DNA of 64,000 bases from Ignavibacteriota bacterium (GTDB lineage: Bacteria; Bacteroidota; Ignavibacteria; UBA10030). Positions within the stretch are counted from its first letter, which is position 1; each line of letters opens with the position of its first letter. The notes under the pieces were generated by a model. That model ran no database searches and had not been told where the DNA came from. It saw nothing but the letters and a program-made list of their open reading frames with translations. The position numbers were made by a program, and so were the translations under genes. Below are positions 58,517 to 64,000 of this stretch, one piece after another. The stretch spans positions 1,440,001-1,504,000 of the forward strand of contig OY969585.1 in NCBI GenBank assembly GCA_963701295.1, in the 5' to 3' direction.

Positions 58517-61066
58517 CTACTTTGTTTCTTCTGCAACGAGATCTCCGGATTCCTTTTTGCTTTGATAGATTGCCCAGCCAATAGCTGTTGCAGCAATAAC
58601 AGCAACAACGATACCGGTTAGCAGATCAGTCCCGGCAATATTTGGCTTCGTAATGTTGAATTTCAGCACCAATCCAAGCGTCAGTAAGCTGACCATGTTC
58701 ATAACTTTGATCAACGGGTTAAGTGCAGGTCCCGCAGTGTCTTTTAATGGATCGCCAACGGTATCTCCGGTAACAGCGGCTTTGTGTGCCTCTGAACCTT
58801 TACCGCCATACAATCCGTCTTCAATCATTTTCTTAGCATTATCCCATGCACCGCCGGCGTTTGCCATAAACACGGCAAGCAGTTGGCCGACAAGGATAGT
58901 ACCGGCAAGGAATCCACCGAGCGCGTACGGTCCAAGGATAAATCCAACAAGAATCGGAGTCATAATGGCGAGGATGCCCGGTCCAATGAGTTCTTTCTGG
59001 GCAGTGTTTGTACAAATATCGACCACACGGCCATAATCCGGTTTCTTGGTGCCTTTCCAGATTTCAGGATCGTGGAATTGGATGCGGCATTCTTTGACAA
59101 TCCAGAATGCGGCACGACCGACGGCGCGAATAAGCATTCCGCTGAAGAGGAACGGCACTGCGCCACCAAGCATGAATCCGATAAACACGGTTGGATCTGC
59201 AACGGTGATCTTACCGGCTTCTGCGAAATACTGTGAAACTTTCATCAGGTTAATTTTCTCTTCACTACCGACTGCAATGACGGCGATGAAACTTGCGAAC
59301 AATGAGACCGCCGCGATAACGGCAGAACCGATGGCAATACCTTTGGTTTCAGCTTTTGTGGTATTACCGACTGCATCGAGATCGGCAAGTATTTGACGGG
59401 CGCGTTTGTAACTGCCAGGTTTTTCTTTTTCCATCTCATCTTTTTCGTAACCCATTTCGCCGATACCATTTGCATTATCTGCTACTGGTCCAAATACGTC
59501 CATCGAAATGGTATTACCTGTTAATGTCAACATACCGATACCGGTCATGGCAACGCCATAGGCGATGAAGAGTGGAGGAGTGCCAGCATACACGAGCACA
59601 GAAAGGAAAATTGCAACAGCAATAACAACGATTGCTGCAACGGTGCTTTCATAGCCGAGTGCAAAACCCTGGATGATATTTGTGGCATGTCCTGTAGTGC
59701 AAGCTTTTGCAAGACTTTTCACCGGTGCATGACTTGTATGTGTGTAATAACTTGTGACCTTATTCAATGCAACGGCAAGGAAAATACCGATCATGCAAGT
59801 AAGTGCCGGACGCAGATCGAGTCCAGGAATACCAAAGTTTGCGAACCAACCTAATTGCGATGGGTCGCCATTCGGGAATCCAGCGTAAGCTGTTGGGTTG
59901 CTTGCGAGATATGCGGCATCAAAATAGAGATAGCCGAATCCGAGTCCGACAAAACCAACAATACTGATGATTGAACCGATCCAGAATCCGCGATGAACGC
60001 TTTTCAGAGCTGTGTCTGAAGTGTCATCGGCACCGGCTTTCACCGTGTAAGTGCTGATGATGGAACCAAGAACGCCGATACCACGAACGAGCAGTGGGAA
60101 AATGACACCCTTGTGTCCGAAGCTTGCCATACCGAGAATCATTGCGGCAACGATGGTGACTTCGTAGCTTTCGAAAATATCTGCTGCCATTCCAGCGCAG
60201 TCGCCAACGTTATCACCAACATTATCGGCAATCGTGGCTGCGTTGCGCGGATCATCTTCCGGAATATCTTTTTCGATCTTACCGACAAGGTCGGCACCGA
60301 CGTCTGCGGCTTTCGTGTAGATGCCGCCGCCAACGCGCATGAACAATGCGATCAGTGTTCCACCGAATCCGAATCCTAACAAGGCTTCGTATGCATGTTC
60401 ACCGAAGAGCATAAAGATCAAGGTTCCGCCAAGCAAACCTAAGCCATCTGTGAGCATACCGGTGATAGTTCCCGTGCGGTAGCCGAGCTGAAGAGCTTCG
60501 CCATAACTGCGTTTTGCAGCAGCTGCGACACGAAGGTTTCCCTGTGTGGCAAGGCGCATACCGACAAATCCGACGAGGAAACTAAAAATTGAACCTACGA
60601 GGAACGCGCCTGAACGTCCCCAACGGAAGGCGTCGATCGTTCCTGTGTAAGTGAAATAAAGGAACAGAGTGATAATAATGATCAATGGTCCGATCTTCTT
60701 AAACTGCGCTGCGAGGTAGGCGTTTGAGCCTTCACGGACAGCGGCGGCAATTTCCTGCATTTTCTTTGTGCCTTGGTCGGCTTTACGCACTTGCTTTACG
60801 AGCAAGAGAGCATAAAGCAAGCCGGCAACGGCGATGCAAAGCACTGTAAGAAGTCCATAGATTTCAATGGGTTTGAAGTTGCTTTCACTGCTGAAAAGAG
60901 CGAATGGGTGAAATGATTCTTGAACAACCGTTGGTTCGGTGCTTTGAGTGTGGCCAGTGTATGGTATGAAGACATGCGCGGCAACAAAGAAGATCATCAT
61001 CGCAATGAGATAATTGCGGCGTGTCGTCTTCGATGAATTGACAAATAAATTGCGTAAGGTGTTCAT
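58517..61066 (-). CDS. hppA: Membrane-bound ion-translocating pyrophosphatase, K+-independent H+-PPase signature
   Basis: GGIYTKAADVGADLVGK.E..IPEDDPRN, DNVGDNVGD, GNTTKA (Lys marks K+-independence), GDTVGDPLKDT. Confidence 0.95.
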   Translation of the reverse strand: MNTLRNLFVNSSKTTRRNYLIAMMIFFVAAHVFIPYTGHTQSTEPTVVQESFHPFALFSSESNFKPIEIYGLLTVLCIAVAGLLYALLLVKQVRKADQGTKKMQEIAAAVREGSNAYLAAQFKKIGPLIIIITLFLYFTYTGTIDAFRWGRSGAFLVGSIFSFLVGFVGMRLATQGNLRVAAAAKRSYGEALQLGYRTGTITGMLTDGLGLLGGTLIFMLFGEHAYEALLGFGFGGTLIALFMRVGGGIYTKAADVGADLVGKIEKDIPEDDPRNAATIADNVGDNVGDCAGMAADIFESYEVTIVAAMILGMASFGHKGVIFPLLVRGIGVLGSIISTYTVKAGADDTSDTALKSVHRGFWIGSIISIVGFVGLGFGYLYFDAAYLASNPTAYAGFPNGDPSQLGWFANFGIPGLDLRPALTCMIGIFLAVALNKVTSYYTHTSHAPVKSLAKACTTGHATNIIQGFALGYESTVAAIVVIAVAIFLSVLVYAGTPPLFIAYGVAMTGIGMLTLTGNTISMDVFGPVADNANGIGEMGYEKDEMEKEKPGSYKRARQILADLDAVGNTTKAETKGIAIGSAVIAAVSLFASFIAVIAVGSEEKINLMKVSQYFAEAGKITVADPTVFIGFMLGGAVPFLFSGMLIRAVGRAAFWIVKECRIQFHDPEIWKGTKKPDYGRVVDICTNTAQKELIGPGILAIMTPILVGFILGPYALGGFLAGTILVGQLLAVFMANAGGAWDNAKKMIEDGLYGGKGSEAHKAAVTGDTVGDPLKDTAGPALNPLIKVMNMVSLLTLGLVLKFNITKPNIAGTDLLTGIVVAVIAATAIGWAIYQSKKESGDLVAEETK

Positions 61067-61560
61067 TGTACATCCTATAAAGTGAATAAAATGGTTGTCA
61101 ACAGAGCTAATGTGTTAAACGGGTGAAAGTATAACCTCCGCTTATGCTCAAACTTTACTAAAATGCACGAAAATTCCTTAAAAATCAATCTATTTATTTT
61201 TCTTGGACAATACTAAAAAGAGGCTGTGAAATGTCTTTCTTAAACTGGTGTAGATTATCGAGCACCATTTTCTCAAGTAGTTCTTGTCTAACTCAAAATG
61301 CTTTTATTTGAAGTGACGTAGATTACACCATTCTGTCCAAAAGCTAGTTTACATCTCTAGGCAGGATGATTATGGACATTGAGAATCACTCATTCTTTCG
61401 CGTTTGTAATCAATAACGAATATTTCTCGCAAAAAGACCGTCTATAAATATTGATCATTAATGTGATAAAAAAATTTTATACATTAAAAAAAGCATCTGC
61501 ATAGAATTGCTTTTTAATCTCATAGCCCAAAGTCAAATAGATGGGAAAGGAGATCAACAT

Positions 61561-62811
61561 ATGAAAGTTGAACAAAGAAGGTTGGAGCAGGCATATGCTG
61601 AAATGGAGAAGAGAGTAGAGGAGCGGATCGCCGAGTTGCAGCGAGAAATTGCTGAACGAAAGCGCACAGAAGAGGCACTCGCTCAAGAACAGTATCTCCT
61701 CCAGACTCTCTTGGACAATTTACCTGACAATATTTATTTTAAGGATACCGATAGTCGATTCATCAAAATCAGCAGGTCTATAATTGAGAAGTTTGGATTA
61801 AGCGGTTCTGCACAGGTTGTGGGCAAAACGGATTTTGACTTTTTCGCTGAAGAGTATGCTCAGACAGCATTTGAACGTGAGCAGGGGATTATGAGGACGG
61901 GACAGGCATTCATAGGGCTAGAAGAGAAGGAGACATGGCCTGACGGGAGCGAGACATGGGTAACTACTACCAAGATGCCTCTGCGAGATAAAAAAGGACA
62001 GATTGTAGGCACGTTTGGTATTTCCACGGATATTACCGAGCGCAAACAGATAGAAAAGAGACTACGCAAATTGAACGAAGAATTGGAACTTCGAGTCATC
62101 GAGCGCACAACTCAACTGGAGGCATTGAACAAGGAACTTAAAGCGTTTGCATATTCAGTTTCGCATGACTTGCATGCACCACTACGAGCTATTGACGGAT
62201 ACACGAAAATTCTTGAAGAAGACTATAAGCAGTTTCTGGATGAGGAAGGCAAGCGCGTGTGTGCCATCATCTGTAGCGAGACAAAACGTATGGGTCAAAT
62301 AATTGACAATCTTCGTTCGTTTTCTCAAATCAGCCATGCCGAGATGCAGGTTTCTCCGATCAACATGGAAGCAATGGCCTATTCGGTGTTTGATGAGTTA
62401 ACGACGCCGGAAAATCGGAAACGCATTGATTTCCGTGTTGCTTCTTTACCATCGGCACTTGGTGACCTCACGTTAATACACCAGCTGTGGATGAATCTCC
62501 TCTCCAATGCTATAAAATTTTCATCCAAACGGGAACGTGCGGTGATTGAAGTGGGATGTCAACAAGACGGACAAAGAAATATTTACTCAGTGCGAGACAA
62601 CGGTGTTGGCTTTGATATGCAGCGTGCAGAAAATCTCTTTACCGTTTTCTGGCGCTTGCACAGTAAAAAGGAATTCGAAGGCGCAGGAGTCGGTCTGGCT
62701 ATTGTTCAACGTTTGATTCATCGTCACGGCGGAGAGGTATGGGCTAAGAGCCAGATAGATAAAGGTGCCACATTTTATTTTACAGTACCACAGAAAAGAA
62801 AAGGGTCTTGA
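61561..62811 (+). CDS. Cytoplasmic PAS-domain sensor histidine kinase
   Basis: PAS/PAC (IYFKD...GKTDFD...TTKMPL); H-box FAYSVSHDL.APLR; NLLSNAIKF, DNGVG and GVGLAIV boxes. ATG at 61561 with AAGGAG RBS. Confidence 0.92.
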   Translation: MKVEQRRLEQAYAEMEKRVEERIAELQREIAERKRTEEALAQEQYLLQTLLDNLPDNIYFKDTDSRFIKISRSIIEKFGLSGSAQVVGKTDFDFFAEEYAQTAFEREQGIMRTGQAFIGLEEKETWPDGSETWVTTTKMPLRDKKGQIVGTFGISTDITERKQIEKRLRKLNEELELRVIERTTQLEALNKELKAFAYSVSHDLHAPLRAIDGYTKILEEDYKQFLDEEGKRVCAIICSETKRMGQIIDNLRSFSQISHAEMQVSPINMEAMAYSVFDELTTPENRKRIDFRVASLPSALGDLTLIHQLWMNLLSNAIKFSSKRERAVIEVGCQQDGQRNIYSVRDNGVGFDMQRAENLFTVFWRLHSKKEFEGAGVGLAIVQRLIHRHGGEVWAKSQIDKGATFYFTVPQKRKGS

Positions 62812-62814
62812 AAA

Positions 62815-62966
62815 ATCTTTTGATAGAGATAATCTTCAGAATGCCGAGTTTATGATAAAGGCGTTTAAGTGTATGTAATGGAAAATTGTTAGTCACCCAT
62901 GGATTCGCGGAAGCTATGAGCCAGCTTGGTCTCTATTGGTTGCTGGTAAATACAACTCCCAAATGA
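62815..62966 (+). pseudogene. Decayed receiver-domain response regulator
   Basis: Frameshifted LLI(E)DNLQNAEFMIKAFK, then GFAEAMSQLGLYWLLVNTTPK*; the middle is missing. Confidence 0.7.
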
Positions 62967-63063
62967 TAGAAGAAATCCTTACGTTTTTAGACTATGAATG
63001 GCATGTGAGAGAAATTCGGCAACACCTAATGATGAAACACAAAACAGTACAATATATATGATT

Positions 63064-63660
63064 TTAAGGAATTAATGAGAGAAGACCATGTTTAATGAAG
63101 AACTTTGCGTTTTGACGAACGCGTTGCAATGGCAGAGAATGTGATTGTTGCGACCAAAGACGCAGCACGCTCCGCAGACCGCCGGTGATGAATTGTCGAA
63201 AGAGTTCTATATCGACATCTGGGTTGAATACTTTTCTTTGAACTCCCTCACGTATGATCTCTTCTGCAAGGTCAAGAAAGTCGTTATAATGCTTTGCCAC
63301 AATGCCACGTTTGTCTTTGATGAGAAGATATTGTTCGTTGACAAATACCAACGCGAGAGAAGGATTCGTAATAAAGATATCGAAAAATTGATCAATCACT
63401 AAGTCGAGTTTTTTTGATGGATCAATGTCGGTCTGCTGGACAGTACTTCGAAGATTATCTGTAAGCCCTACCCATAACTGTTCAAAAATTGTAAGCAGGA
63501 TTGCTTCTTTGTTTTTAAAGTACAGATACACACTGCCTGTTGCTATTCCTGCCTGTTCTGCAATAGAAGATATCTTTGTCCGGTGATACCCGCGTTGGGC
63601 GAAGATTTTTATAGATGCATCGAGAATCGCTTTTTCCTTATTTCCTTCACGTTTTCTCAT
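63064..63660 (-). CDS. TetR-family regulator (FadR-like)
   Basis: ILDASIKIFA..GYH..KISSIA..AGIATGSVYLYFKNKE. Confidence 0.9.
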   Translation of the reverse strand: MRKREGNKEKAILDASIKIFAQRGYHRTKISSIAEQAGIATGSVYLYFKNKEAILLTIFEQLWVGLTDNLRSTVQQTDIDPSKKLDLVIDQFFDIFITNPSLALVFVNEQYLLIKDKRGIVAKHYNDFLDLAEEIIREGVQRKVFNPDVDIELFRQFITGGLRSVLRLWSQQSHSLPLQRVRQNAKFFIKHGLLSLIP

Positions 63661-63675
63661 TGAATTATTTTCTTT

Positions 63676-63693
63676 AATGAATTCCTATTCAAT
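63676..63693. promoter_or_regulatory. Possible TetR operator (ATGAAT-N4-ATTCAA)
   Basis: Imperfect palindrome just upstream of the tetR start. Confidence 0.35.
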
Positions 63694-63888
63694 AATACGA
63701 ACCAAATAATGAAATATCAAGCGATACGCAGGTTATGGTCCTTTTTTATGATTTGCTTGAATGGAGACTCTTACTTTCATCCATGATACTGATTATGTGA
63801 GTTCCCTCGGAGAATTTCTTGCCATATTTTTATATACTATAAGCGGAAAAGTTCACCATAGTATTTAAATCAAAGAAGAGGATAAAGA

Positions 63889-64000
63889 ATGTCTATTGAA
63901 AAGTCGCGCGATATTCTACAGAGCGAAAGCAAACAATGGATTGAAGGCATGTACACGAAGTCAATCGAAAAGTTTCCAGAGCGGGAAAAAGAATTTACTA
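63889..64000 (+). CDS. Probable acyl-CoA (methylmalonyl-CoA) mutase large subunit, N-terminus only
   Basis: MSIEKSRDILQSESKQWIEGMYTKSIEKFPEREKEFT resembles the W...PER..FT start of these mutases; GAGG RBS. Only 37 codons visible. Confidence 0.5.
   Translation, partial: MSIEKSRDILQSESKQWIEGMYTKSIEKFPEREKEFT

Overview
A 64-kb bacterial chromosomal segment made up mostly of housekeeping genes. A Por/T9SS-type C-terminal sorting domain (QNFPNPFNPST...LASGMYYARL) and the gene content suggest an Ignavibacteria/Bacteroidota (FCB group) organism; this is an inference. Core genes: suhB, pdp, pyrE, murI, glnD, SulP, P5C dehydrogenase, sucC, gatB, tpiA, serC/serA/DUF1015, a four-subunit 2-oxoacid:ferredoxin oxidoreductase, a SAM-I riboswitch-controlled metY-AK/HSDH-metA operon (AK/HSDH is frameshifted) and hppA. 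Points of interest: (1) a five-gene DUF4402-pilin/chaperone/usher-like cluster (37946-43034) that looks like an uncharacterised chaperone-usher-type fimbrial system, preceded by tandem 7-2-7 palindromic operators; (2) a four-helix-bundle gene bracketed by mutually inverted 8-bp-period repeat arrays, with orphan arrays of similar type in other intergenic gaps; (3) an intact-looking subclass B1 metallo-beta-lactamase; (4) duplication or insertion scars: a 1820-bp emrB tandem duplication with a tolC/emrA chimeric junction, a korC 3' remnant, and a ~100-bp direct repeat exactly 2000 bp apart around a TMTC-like glycosyltransferase; (5) a decayed response regulator; (6) a large T9SS cargo protein with a 345/690-bp repeat array. 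I saw no rRNA, tRNA, CRISPR array, transposase or integrase. All calls come from reading motifs by eye; no database searches were run.
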